The notes under the pieces were generated by a model, which saw only the letters and a list, made by a program, of their open reading frames with translations, made no database searches and was not told the origin of the DNA. A DNA stretch of 64,000 nt from the NCBI GenBank assembly GCA_026396515.1, contig JAPLWQ010000001.1, forward strand, positions 64,564 through 128,563, in the 5' to 3' direction. The DNA is from Candidatus Magasanikiibacteriota bacterium (lineage in GTDB: Bacteria; Patescibacteriota; Patescibacteriia; Magasanikbacterales; GWA2-37-8). Position 1 is the stretch's first letter. Each line of letters opens with the position of its first letter. This document shows positions 1 to 8,656 of this stretch, in pieces. The position numbers were made by a program, and so were the translations under genes.

Positions 1-191
1 CGATTTGCGAAGCCGTGGATTCGCTTAAGACAAAACAGCCGCCTTTTGAGCATTCAAGCAAAGCGGCTGAAGTATCATCGCATGAACTTTCAATGCCGAG
101 GATTTTCATAAGCGAACGCAGGTGAGTGAAGTGAGAAAACGAAGTTTTTACATTTGCGAACTGAGGAGCTTATATGGCTTGGGACTTATAT

Positions 192-268
192 TGGTGACAG
201 GGGAGGGGCTTGAACCCTCGACCTCCGGGTTATGAATCCAGTGCTCTAACCAGCTGAGCTACCCTGTC
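192..268 (-). tRNA. tRNA-Met/Ile2 (anticodon CAT), elongator type, CCA encoded
   Basis: Reverse complement folds as a cloverleaf: acceptor GACAGGG/CCCUGUC, D-arm GCUC-AGCUGGUUA-GAGC, anticodon loop UUCAUAA (CAU), T-arm GAGGG-UUCAAGC-CCCUC. The G1-C72 pair argues against an initiator. Confidence 0.8.
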
Positions 269-490
269 ATTGTTTTTCTAAATTGTGGCGCTTAAAATGG
301 CTATCAGCCCAGTGTTTTTCAACAAAGCTGAGTTTACCCCGTAGCGATGCCGAAGGCATCTGCTACTGGGGCTACCCTGTCGTAAAGTACTCACATTTTA
401 TGCCATTTATCACGTTTTGTCAATCGGGCGTGCGTTTTGACATAGGAAATCCCGCCACAGAGCGTAGCGGGATTGAGAATCTGGGCGGCG

Positions 491-832
491 TTAGGCGGCG
501 TCGTTCGGTTTTTTTTCGGCAATCGGAGCCGGCGGTATAATCGGGACCGAAGTCATTTTGTCGCAATGCGCCAAACGACGGCGCAAAATAGAAAGCCTGC
601 GGGCGGCGTTCGCTTTGTCCTCGCTCGTTTGCCAATCCGGCCGGACATACTTCGGTGCATCATCTAATTCATCGCCTGCAAAAGCGAAAATAAGCGACCT
701 AATTACGCCGCCAATCTTTTCGATTGCGTCGTGGGTCGCGCCCATTGTTTGCCCCCTTTGAATGAATTGTTTTGGAAAGAACATGATGACGTCTCTCATG
801 CTAATAGTATGTCGGGGTTCAAATGGTGTCAA
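491..832 (-). CDS. hypothetical small protein (113 aa), starting just after the prs terminator
   Basis: ORF only; no recognisable motif. Alternative starts exist at internal Met codons. Confidence 0.25.
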   Translation of the reverse strand: MTPFEPRHTISMRDVIMFFPKQFIQRGQTMGATHDAIEKIGGVIRSLIFAFAGDELDDAPKYVRPDWQTSEDKANAARRLSILRRRLAHCDKMTSVPIIPPAPIAEKKPNDAA

Positions 833-845
833 CCGATGCTTTACT

Positions 846-880
846 AAAAGAAAAACCCTGCCGGTGGAGCCGGCAGGGCA
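846..880 (-). terminator. Rho-independent terminator downstream of the prs-like gene
   Basis: Hairpin ccctgccgg-tggag-ccggcaggg flanked by an A-run on + (T-run on -), directly after the stop at 899. Confidence 0.6.
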
Positions 881-898
881 TATGGTGAGAAAGAACAG

Positions 899-1966
899 TT
901 AGCAGATCTCGCGGGTAGATTCGTCCCAGTGGTGGAGGTGGACGATCTCGGCCAGTTCGTGCGCCCAAGTGACCACGCGGATACGGCCCTTGTCCACCAG
1001 TGCTTTGAGTTTGGGTCGGGACAAAATCGGGATGGTGTCGGTGACGTAGGTGCGGCTTACCGGACAGCGGGGATCGCCGAACAGTTCGGGTGCGTTTTTG
1101 CAGAAGACACCATGGATGATCGCGTTGATAAATTTCTTGGCGTGAAATTGCTTCTTCGCGGAGGTGGCCGCATCGATCGTCGTCTTGCCGGTGCCGATTT
1201 CGTCGTCGAAACTAATCACCGTAGCGCCCCGCATCTTCTCTACGTCGCCGAAGAAACCGATGCTCCGCGATTCGGTGCTGCTCGTGCGGATTTTTTGGCC
1301 GACCACGATCGGAAAGGTCTCAGCGAATTCCGCTTCCAGCCGGTCAATGGCATCCTTGAAGCGCTTGCGGGCCCCATCATCGGGGAGCATCAGGCAGACC
1401 TTCCCGCGCTCACTGATCGTGTCGCGGATAGCCGCGCGCAGAACGTGGCGCGCCATGGAGTATGGCGTGATGATGCCCATCTCGCCGGCAGCCATCACTG
1501 ACTGCGGAGAGTGCATGTCCACGGTCATGATGCGGTCCAGCTGGCCGTAGGCGGCGCTCCTCAAACTGTGGATCACGTGCGGTATCAGTGCCAGTTCGTC
1601 CATACCTTCATCTTTGTCCGACCGGCCGAGAGGCGAGTAGGCAGTGACCACGGCGATGCGCCGGGCGCGCCGCGCCTTGAGATAGTGCAAAAGAAGCTGG
1701 AGCTGGCCGAGCATCTCGTAAGTGCCCGGGCCGCTGGTGATGGCAACCACATCATGGCCGCCGAGGTGCTCCTTGCGCAGTTTGATAAATGGTTCGCCAC
1801 TGGCGCGCAAGTCAAAGGCGGGCACGACCAGATCAACCACATAACCGTATTTATTCTGTATCTCCTGTTGGACAGTTGACGCGATGTCGGCAAAGCCGGG
1901 CAGAGCCACCACAGTGAGTCCGCCGTTATTGTTCAGCCTGAATGTAAATTCTGTAGCCATTCGCAA
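899..1966 (-). CDS. prs: ribose-phosphate pyrophosphokinase (PRPP synthetase)-like protein
   Basis: 355 aa. N-terminal PRPP-synthetase-like region (VTAYSPLGRSDKDEGMDE resembles the ...PYFGYARQDRK segment). DMHSPQ resembles the DLHAxQ motif. FDDEIGTGKTTIDAA is a PRPP-binding loop (DD.IDTGGT-like). GC about 60%. Confidence 0.55.
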   Translation of the reverse strand: MRMATEFTFRLNNNGGLTVVALPGFADIASTVQQEIQNKYGYVVDLVVPAFDLRASGEPFIKLRKEHLGGHDVVAITSGPGTYEMLGQLQLLLHYLKARRARRIAVVTAYSPLGRSDKDEGMDELALIPHVIHSLRSAAYGQLDRIMTVDMHSPQSVMAAGEMGIITPYSMARHVLRAAIRDTISERGKVCLMLPDDGARKRFKDAIDRLEAEFAETFPIVVGQKIRTSSTESRSIGFFGDVEKMRGATVISFDDEIGTGKTTIDAATSAKKQFHAKKFINAIIHGVFCKNAPELFGDPRCPVSRTYVTDTIPILSRPKLKALVDKGRIRVVTWAHELAEIVHLHHWDESTREIC

Positions 1967-2223
1967 CCTCCTTTTTTGGTTGTAAAATGTACCGCTGGAA
2001 TTGTATTCTGAGGAATATTAGTTGTCAACAAAAATTGTGATAAATCGAGTAATTTTTGTAATTTTAGGACCCTTGACAACCGTTATATAATAATGTATAT
2101 TGAAAAGTCCAATATTTCCGCGTTTTTTGCGGATTTTAAGGATTTTTTGCACATTAAAATTTAGTCAAATTTAGTAGTTAGCAACAACACTCTTGCTCAA
2201 AGTAGCAGAAGGGAGACAAATAG

Positions 2224-3003
2224 ATGGCGGTTATAGAGGGCAAAACCTTGGAGTGCCTGAAACACTACCTGTCCCAGCTTCCCTGGGATACCAAGATGTG
2301 TGTTCAGGCGAGGCGGCAGATCATCGATTTTCTCGATGTGACGCCCCACACCGTTCGCCGCTGGTGGACGGGGGATATTGTTCCCGTCGGTTTGGTGCTC
2401 GTCAAGCTCCGCTACTTTCTAGAGAGAGAAGGCTACCGCGTTTCGGAGCTCAACGACCTTGATGCGACGACCCGCGCGTTGGGTATGCTGATCGCTTACG
2501 GCTCCATCGATTTCGACGCAACCGTGATTCAGCTCAAGTGCCCCAACGCTTCGGAATTTTTGCGTGTGCTTCACGGTGCCCGCCGTTTTACGGCGGCGCG
2601 AGATCTGGCCGCAGAAGCGATCTGCGTCAAGAACCGCGACGTACTGGCAAAACTCTTTTTTACCTCACCTGGTAACGGTCATCCGGCTCCGGTCATTACG
2701 CCAGTCGTCACTCCGGCGCAGGTAAAAGAAAAAGCGCCCGGCGCAGGCGAAGAACTGATCAAGTATCTGCGCCTGTTCAGCGGTATCCTCGAATTGCTCC
2801 ACCCGCGGCTTAATGATTTCCTCTCGGAGGAAGTATCTCCGGAAGAGAGACATGAGTTGCGCGAGCGGGCAGGTAGAGAGCTGGTGTACGACCTGGCAAG
2901 ACGCAGCAAGCAGGTCACCGAACTGATGACGGCATTGTGCAGTGAGAAGGCAAGAGAGATTTCAAACACACTCGCTGGTGCGAGGAAAGAAAGGGGAGAG
3001 TAG
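2224..3003 (+). CDS. hypothetical protein with a probable helix-turn-helix (VTPHTVRRWWTGDIVP)
   Basis: 259 aa with a strong SD (aagggag, 8 nt before the ATG). Its stop lies 4 nt upstream of the GHKL ATPase gene. High GC. Confidence 0.5.
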   Translation: MAVIEGKTLECLKHYLSQLPWDTKMCVQARRQIIDFLDVTPHTVRRWWTGDIVPVGLVLVKLRYFLEREGYRVSELNDLDATTRALGMLIAYGSIDFDATVIQLKCPNASEFLRVLHGARRFTAARDLAAEAICVKNRDVLAKLFFTSPGNGHPAPVITPVVTPAQVKEKAPGAGEELIKYLRLFSGILELLHPRLNDFLSEEVSPEERHELRERAGRELVYDLARRSKQVTELMTALCSEKAREISNTLAGARKERGE

Positions 3004-3007
3004 ACTG

Positions 3008-4741
3008 ATGGGTGACAATCTTTCTCAGATCGAGTTTCATCAGGGCGAGGCTTTGCTTGCCATCGCGGGTACTTACCCGTCGCTCGCGGATGTCATATCC
3101 GAGGCGGTCCAAAATGCGCTCGATGTCGAGGCGGTGAATATCTCCGTTTTCATCAACCATCGGAACCGCACCGTGACGGTGTCGGACGATGGCATCGGCG
3201 TGTCGAAGAGCCAGTTCGAGCGCGCGCTCAAGTCCGTCTGCTACTCGCGCAAGGACGAGAGCAAGCTCGGCAAGTACGGCAGGGGGCTGGTTGCTCCTCT
3301 CGGCAAGTGCGAGAAGTTCACTTTCACCTCCATGCCGAAGAGCCAAACCAGCAGCAGTGGATACATCCGTTGGACTTTCGAGACCGCGGTCATTCAGGGC
3401 CAGGCCAAGATCGCGGGTGTGCCCTACGAGGAAGTAACCGGCCAGCGTTTCTCCCGCAATCCGAAGAACAAGAAGGAGGAAGTGCCGTGGAGAACCCAGG
3501 TGAAGCTTATCGGTTTCACCAAGGATCGCGTGCTCAGTCGCGTGACCTGCGCATCGTTGCGTGAAGGTCTCCTCGAGCGCTTTTCGGTCGCCATGCGGAA
3601 ACGCAACGCGTCCGTGAGTATCCAAATTAACGACGCTTCTGGCGCTTCTGAAAACGAGAAGGTGGTCGCGAACGAATTCGAGGGTCGGGCGCTTCCGGTC
3701 GAGTACCTGGACAACGATCTCGCTGGTAAGACCACCTTTCGCATCTTTATCGCCAAGAAGACGAGCAAGGGGCGGCGGGGCAAGATTCTGGTCGGGGAAG
3801 CCGGCAAGGATTTTCGCATCAGCTTTTCTGATTTCAGCCGCAATACGGTCGACCTGCTCGACAGGGAGATCATCGATGCGCTGTCCTCGGGATTGTTCGA
3901 GGGCGAGTTTATCACCGAGAAGGCCACGCTTTCTCCGACCCGCAAGTACTTCGAGGTCAATGACGCGTTGGTCAGCCTCTGTCTCGTGATCGAGGACTGG
4001 TATCGCAGGATCGGAGAGGAGCACGCCCGGAAAATCCGGGAAGAGGCAAAGGATCAGCGCCTGCAGTTGCTCGGAGTGCGGTCCATGAAGGTGATCGAGA
4101 CCATGCTGGGCCTGCCCCAGTTCGACTTCCTCAAGGAAGTCGTGAAGGGTTTCAAGATCGGCACGGTTGGCGTGCGCCACACGAAGCCTTCGGTCAAGGT
4201 GGTGGGCAAGCAACCCGATCCCTCGATTTCGACCCTGGGCGCGCAGGGCGGAAAGGCCGAGCGCGACAAGGACGGAGGCAGGGGAACGAACGACCCGGGT
4301 CATGAGCATCCCGAGCACATGCCCTTCACGGTTCGCGGACCGCGTGGCCGTGAGCGCACGGCGGTCAAGGGCAACAGCTTGGGTCTTCAGTTCCTTTACG
4401 TGGACGAGCTTACCTGGGACAAGCTCTGGGACCTCGACACCACAACCGGCGTCCTCACCTTCAACACCGTGCACCCTCTGTGGTCCGAGTGCGAGAGGGA
4501 CGAGAAGTCGCTGATGCGCTTCCAGGAGCACATCACCATCACCGCGCTGATGCTCGAGACCGTCCCCGACTCGTGGAAGGATATCCACCGGCGGCTGGTC
4601 GACGATTCCATGTCCGGTTTCGTGTTCTGGCTCATGCAGGGTGACAAGCTCGCCGGCCGCAAGCCGGATCGGCGAATCGTTCCGAAGGCCGCGGAAATCA
4701 AGTCCGCGTCCAAGAGCAAGGTCGCCGCCGCGGGCAAGTAG
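3008..4741 (+). CDS. MORC/MutL-like GHKL ATPase (HATPase_c_3-type Bergerat fold)
   Basis: N-box EAVQNALDVEA, G1 box SDDGIGVS and G2 GKYGRGL lie within the first 130 aa. Strong SD aggggag. The long antisense ORF 2915..4588 is an artefact of high GC. Confidence 0.6.
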   Translation: MGDNLSQIEFHQGEALLAIAGTYPSLADVISEAVQNALDVEAVNISVFINHRNRTVTVSDDGIGVSKSQFERALKSVCYSRKDESKLGKYGRGLVAPLGKCEKFTFTSMPKSQTSSSGYIRWTFETAVIQGQAKIAGVPYEEVTGQRFSRNPKNKKEEVPWRTQVKLIGFTKDRVLSRVTCASLREGLLERFSVAMRKRNASVSIQINDASGASENEKVVANEFEGRALPVEYLDNDLAGKTTFRIFIAKKTSKGRRGKILVGEAGKDFRISFSDFSRNTVDLLDREIIDALSSGLFEGEFITEKATLSPTRKYFEVNDALVSLCLVIEDWYRRIGEEHARKIREEAKDQRLQLLGVRSMKVIETMLGLPQFDFLKEVVKGFKIGTVGVRHTKPSVKVVGKQPDPSISTLGAQGGKAERDKDGGRGTNDPGHEHPEHMPFTVRGPRGRERTAVKGNSLGLQFLYVDELTWDKLWDLDTTTGVLTFNTVHPLWSECERDEKSLMRFQEHITITALMLETVPDSWKDIHRRLVDDSMSGFVFWLMQGDKLAGRKPDRRIVPKAAEIKSASKSKVAAAGK

Positions 4742-4767
4742 CGCAATACGTTCTTTCTTAAGTTCCT

Positions 4768-4808
4768 CCCCCCTAAAGGCGATAAGCTGATAGGGGGGAT
4801 TTTTTTTG
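4768..4808 (+). terminator. Rho-independent terminator after the GHKL gene
   Basis: cccccct-(loop)-agggggg followed by T8. A second hairpin, tgccg-acggc-cggca followed by a T-run on the - strand, serves the convergent tdh gene. Confidence 0.6.
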
Positions 4809-4865
4809 ACTAAAAAAATTTGCCGACGGCCGGCAGATAATTATTAAAAATATATACAAATTTAT

Positions 4866-5798
4866 TTACAATTTTTCTTTCAATTTTTCAATCATCACCG
4901 TTGCCATTTTTTGCAGATCAAATTCATGATGCCAACCCCAGTCGGCGCGGGCGGCGGAGTCGTCAATTGACTGCGGCCAAGAGTCGGCAATGCGCTGGCG
5001 GAAATCCGGCTCATATTTTACCGCGAGGGGCAGGTGTTTGTTTATCTCGATCGCCAGTTCCTCGGCGCTGAAACTTATGGCTGTTAAATTGTAACTGGTG
5101 CGGATGGCGATTTTTTCCACTGGCGCGTCCATCAGCATGATCATCGCCCGGATAGCATCATCCATATACATCATCGGCAAAATCGTATCTTTGTGAACGA
5201 AACAAGTGTAATCACTGCCTTTAACCGCTTCATAAAACATGGCCACGGCATAGTCGGTGGTGCCGCCGCCCGGTTCTGTTTTCCAGCTGATCAATCCGGG
5301 GAAACGCATACTGCGGACATCCACGCCGAATTTCAGATAATAATAATGACACAGCGCTTCGCCGACCATTTTGGTTATGCCATATATGGTGGTCGGCTCA
5401 AGTACAGTATGTTGCGGGGTAAGGTCGCGCGGGGTGGTTGGGCCGAAAGCGGCGATGGAGCTCGGCCAAAAAACTTTCAATTTATATTCAACCGCCAGAT
5501 TCAAAATATTTCGCAGGCCGTCCATGTTCACTTGCCATGTAAGATTCGGATCCCGTTCGCCTTTGGCGGATAAGATGGAGACTAAATGATAAACAGTATC
5601 AATATTATGCTTAACGATAATTTCTTTCAGTTTACCCAAATCCACTATTGAACCTTGTTCGGTGGCAACATCAAACGAATTCGGTTTTACCGCCATATCA
5701 AAAGCTACTACATTGTTCGCGCCGTGTTTGGCCTGCAGGGCGGGGATTAGCTCCGAACCGATTTGGCCGAAGGCGCCGGTGACAAGAATCTTAGGCAT
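4866..5798 (-). CDS. tdh: L-threonine 3-dehydrogenase (NAD-dependent epimerase/dehydratase family)
   Basis: N-terminal GAFGQIGSEL Rossmann motif. TIYGITK, PGGGTTDYAV and LPMMYMDD segments match UDP-glucose-4-epimerase-like TDH enzymes. Confidence 0.75.
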   Translation of the reverse strand: MPKILVTGAFGQIGSELIPALQAKHGANNVVAFDMAVKPNSFDVATEQGSIVDLGKLKEIIVKHNIDTVYHLVSILSAKGERDPNLTWQVNMDGLRNILNLAVEYKLKVFWPSSIAAFGPTTPRDLTPQHTVLEPTTIYGITKMVGEALCHYYYLKFGVDVRSMRFPGLISWKTEPGGGTTDYAVAMFYEAVKGSDYTCFVHKDTILPMMYMDDAIRAMIMLMDAPVEKIAIRTSYNLTAISFSAEELAIEINKHLPLAVKYEPDFRQRIADSWPQSIDDSAARADWGWHHEFDLQKMATVMIEKLKEKL

Positions 5799-5899
5799 AG
5801 TCTGATATTTAGTAAAATTTATGTCAGCATTATATCGGCTATTTGTTTAAAAAGCAAACAGCCGCGTTAATACGTGGCTGTTGATATTTATTTGATATA

Positions 5900-7078
5900 T
5901 TATGGCAGTACAATGGCCGGCGCTCTGCGCCGCGCGAGCAAAAACCAGGCGCCAATAATGATAGCAATTATCAGTATACCCCGCATCGGCAGATAGAGAT
6001 TAAGTACGCCCCAAACGCCAATCCACTGAAGAGATATTGTGCCTGTGATTATTTCTGTTTTTTGCATTAACGCAGTATCTCTTGAATCCAATCCGTCAAT
6101 TACTGCCTGCTGGTTTTTTATCGCCTGGTCGGCCGTTTCCAAATCAATTTTGTATTGAGTTTCAAACGAATTCAGATTTTTTTGTGCTGTCTGGCGGAAG
6201 GCATATTCGCGGTCAATCTGAAGTTTAAGCGACTGAATTTTTGCCGTATTGGTAGAGGAAGTTTTTTCTCTTGCTAAAGAAGCGATAATACGGTTAGCAG
6301 TATCAACCGCTGTTTTCCATTCATTGATATTCTTCGTATAACCGTCAACGACACCCTGGCGGCGGTCTTCTAAGCGTTGCAATTCCTGATTGGCGGTTGT
6401 CTGCTGTTCTTCAATACTAATCTTTTCTCCAAGCAAATTTTGCGACTGTGCCGTCTCCAGATAAAATTTTTCCGGGACTAAATCTTTAAGTTCGTTTTTC
6501 ATTTTTTCCAGTGAATCCTTGGGAATGGCGAACGCAATGCGGGCATACTTATCGGATTGGTTGGCAGAGTCAATGCGCGCGCCGTTTCCGCGCAGAATTG
6601 TGAGCGCCCGATCAGAGTCGTCCTGTACCTCCCGGGTATTTATCGTGGCATAGTATTCGGTATCCATGAATTCCCGGGTGTCAAATGGCGCGGTTTGCGG
6701 TGCGACCATATCGCTGACTCTCTCTATCAGCGAAGTGTTGCGCGCGCCCAGTCCGATATCCGCGCCATATGACAAGCCGAGTTCCTCCGATTCCATTGCA
6801 CCCGATTTGCTTGCATAGCTATGCGTACTAATTTGGTAATAGGACGGATTCTTAAACAAGCGGGGATTTGTCGCTATTATTAAAATGCATGCCGCTGAAG
6901 TCGCCAGCACAAGAAACCGGAAGAAGAATCCGCCACGGCGGGCCGGAATGGCCTGCGCAGTGTAATTTGGCCTAACCGATTCCAGTGTTTTTTGTTTTAA
7001 AGCGCCGTTGTTTGCCGGCAATCGCGTTTCGTTTTTGCCCCAGCCAGATAGCCGGTCGGTGATATTAATATTTTTCAT
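5900..7078 (-). CDS. membrane anti-sigma-factor-like protein (DUF4349-like periplasmic domain with a C-terminal TM helix)
   Basis: Start overlaps the stop of the ECF sigma gene by 4 nt (ATGA). A TM helix sits near aa 60-80, followed by a coiled-coil-rich region and a C-terminal TM (ILIIAIIIGAWFLLA). Confidence 0.45.
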   Translation of the reverse strand: MKNINITDRLSGWGKNETRLPANNGALKQKTLESVRPNYTAQAIPARRGGFFFRFLVLATSAACILIIATNPRLFKNPSYYQISTHSYASKSGAMESEELGLSYGADIGLGARNTSLIERVSDMVAPQTAPFDTREFMDTEYYATINTREVQDDSDRALTILRGNGARIDSANQSDKYARIAFAIPKDSLEKMKNELKDLVPEKFYLETAQSQNLLGEKISIEEQQTTANQELQRLEDRRQGVVDGYTKNINEWKTAVDTANRIIASLAREKTSSTNTAKIQSLKLQIDREYAFRQTAQKNLNSFETQYKIDLETADQAIKNQQAVIDGLDSRDTALMQKTEIITGTISLQWIGVWGVLNLYLPMRGILIIAIIIGAWFLLARRRAPAIVLP

Positions 7079-7617
7079 ATTGTTTGATTATCGCTGATTA
7101 AATCGCGCGCTCTGGAAATGGCGCGATGAATGCGGACACGGGCGGCGATTTGCGATATTTCTAATATTCGCGCGATTTCTTTGAATGACAAATCGCATAT
7201 ATATCGCAAGCGCAATATGTCCTGATCCTCACTTGTGAGTTTGCAGAGAAGTTCGTTTAAGAAAATGTTGTCGCTTTTGATTTCTCCAAACCGCAGTTTG
7301 TCAGCCATATCAACCAGTTCGGTCTCCGGCCAGGCGGATTCGCGATTGTTGCGGCGCCAGTGCTGCCGGCATTCATTTCTGGCTATGGCGAACAACCAGG
7401 CGCTGAAGCGTATGTTTCGGATCTCAAATTTGGGCAATGCGGACAAGGCTTTAAGCCAGGTCTCCTGGAGAATGTCTTCAGCGAGTGATGGGTTTCGCAA
7501 TGTGTTTAATAAATACCCGTATAATTTCGGGGTAATTGCGTCCCAAAGCGCGCTGACGGCTGGTTTTTCTCCATTTTTTGCCAAATTGGCTAAAGATAGC
7601 TCTTCTTGCAAGGTCAT
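7075..7617 (-). CDS. ECF (sigma-70 family) RNA polymerase sigma factor
   Basis: Region 2 (AEDILQETWLKAL...FSAWLFAIARN) and region 4 (LRYICDLSFKEIARILEISQIAARVRIHRA) motifs. Confidence 0.75.
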   Translation of the reverse strand: MTLQEELSLANLAKNGEKPAVSALWDAITPKLYGYLLNTLRNPSLAEDILQETWLKALSALPKFEIRNIRFSAWLFAIARNECRQHWRRNNRESAWPETELVDMADKLRFGEIKSDNIFLNELLCKLTSEDQDILRLRYICDLSFKEIARILEISQIAARVRIHRAISRARDLISDNQTI

Positions 7618-7702
7618 AAGTGAATGATTATTTTCCTCATTCTACCAAGTATAATGCGGTACAACGAATAAATGTTACAGGCAAGAGAGTAGTTTGGCAA
7701 AC

Positions 7703-7734
7703 AAAAAACCGCCAGCCCAGGGCTGGCGGTTTTG
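7703..7734 (-). terminator. bidirectional Rho-independent terminator after the HU gene
   Basis: ccgccagcc-cag-ggctggcgg with an A6 run upstream and a T-run downstream. Confidence 0.6.
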
Positions 7735-7743
7735 CTGTTATTC

Positions 7744-8025
7744 TTATAATACTGCTTCCTTCGCGGCCTTGGCCACGCGGAATTTTACCACGGTCTTTGC
7801 CGGAATCTGAATGGTTGCGCCGGTAGCCGGGTTGCGACCCTGTCGCGCATTGCGGTGAACTTTCACCAATTTCCCGAGACCCGGGACCACAAATACGCCG
7901 CTTTTCTTGACTTCTCTGTACGCCAATTCCACCATGGCGTCAACGAAGCCGACGACGTCCTTCTTGCTCATGCCTGTCTTTTCCGCTAAAGCGGATAACA
8001 GGGCTGACTTGGTCATGCCTGCCAT
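7744..8025 (-). CDS. hup: HU family DNA-binding protein
   Basis: MTKSALLSALAEKTGMSKKDVV...PGLGKLVKVHRNARQGRNPATGATIQIPAKTVVKF is a typical HU/IHF fold. The start is chosen at an internal Met; the ORF track began it 23 codons upstream. Confidence 0.8.
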   Translation of the reverse strand: MAGMTKSALLSALAEKTGMSKKDVVGFVDAMVELAYREVKKSGVFVVPGLGKLVKVHRNARQGRNPATGATIQIPAKTVVKFRVAKAAKEAVL

Positions 8026-8156
8026 AAAATATGAATTAATAATAAACGCTAAGTTTACTGGGTATATTATACACCCATTTTTAAAAAAGTGCAAATATGT
8101 TGGGGTTTGTCAATGGGTGGTCTAGTTTTGTTGGGGGGGGGTCTTATCCAAAGAAT

Positions 8157-8456
8157 CTATTTAACTAATAACAGTAAAGCCGCACCTCCAAATTCGGCAT
8201 GAGGGGATTCAGCCCTGCCTAAATGGTGGTTGCCCGTGCCGATGACCTTTCCGTCGCTGTAAACGGTACCAACATGGCCTCCGAGACCGTGCACTTTTCC
8301 GTCCGGATCGACATGTCCCACTTTGTGTCCGCTGGTGTCATAGACTATTCCGTCGTCGTGCACCTTTCCCAGGTGATGCTCACTAAGGCTATATACATCA
8401 CCCGCTTCATTTATCTTGGCGATTTTTTCCGAATTGGCATCGAAAATATATCCCAT
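8157..8456 (-). CDS. hypothetical Gly/His/Val-rich repeat protein
   Basis: Repeats of the form G-H-x-V-G-x-V-x-x-D-G-K-V. The competing + strand ORF 8223..8474 is less protein-like. Confidence 0.25.
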   Translation of the reverse strand: MGYIFDANSEKIAKINEAGDVYSLSEHHLGKVHDDGIVYDTSGHKVGHVDPDGKVHGLGGHVGTVYSDGKVIGTGNHHLGRAESPHAEFGGAALLLLVK

Positions 8457-8656
8457 ATTTTTGTATCTAAATAATAATCAATAATATAAACTTACTAAAA
8501 TATTATCACATGGGTTAAATTATATCCAGTAAAAAATAATCAAGCATACTCTATTGAAATATGTGAGGATATTTGATATCGTGGATGTTATACTAACAAT
8601 GTTATATTTCGCATATGATTTTAGCCGAGAACAAAAAAAAGGGGAATGATGAAATA

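Noticed and set aside
929-1893. Several 100-190 aa ORFs on both strands inside the prs-like gene
   Set aside because: They are shadow ORFs in a high-GC gene. The minus-strand 355-aa frame has the PRPP-synthetase motifs.
2915-4588. 557-aa ORF on the minus strand, antisense to the GHKL ATPase gene
   Set aside because: Low-complexity Arg/Ala/Leu-rich translation, typical of antisense frames in 60% GC DNA. The + strand frame carries an intact Bergerat ATPase fold and an SD.
8223-8474. + strand 83-aa ORF overlapping the Gly/His-repeat gene
   Set aside because: It is hydrophobic and low-information with no start context. The minus-strand frame shows an internally repeated, protein-like pattern. 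Both calls are weak.
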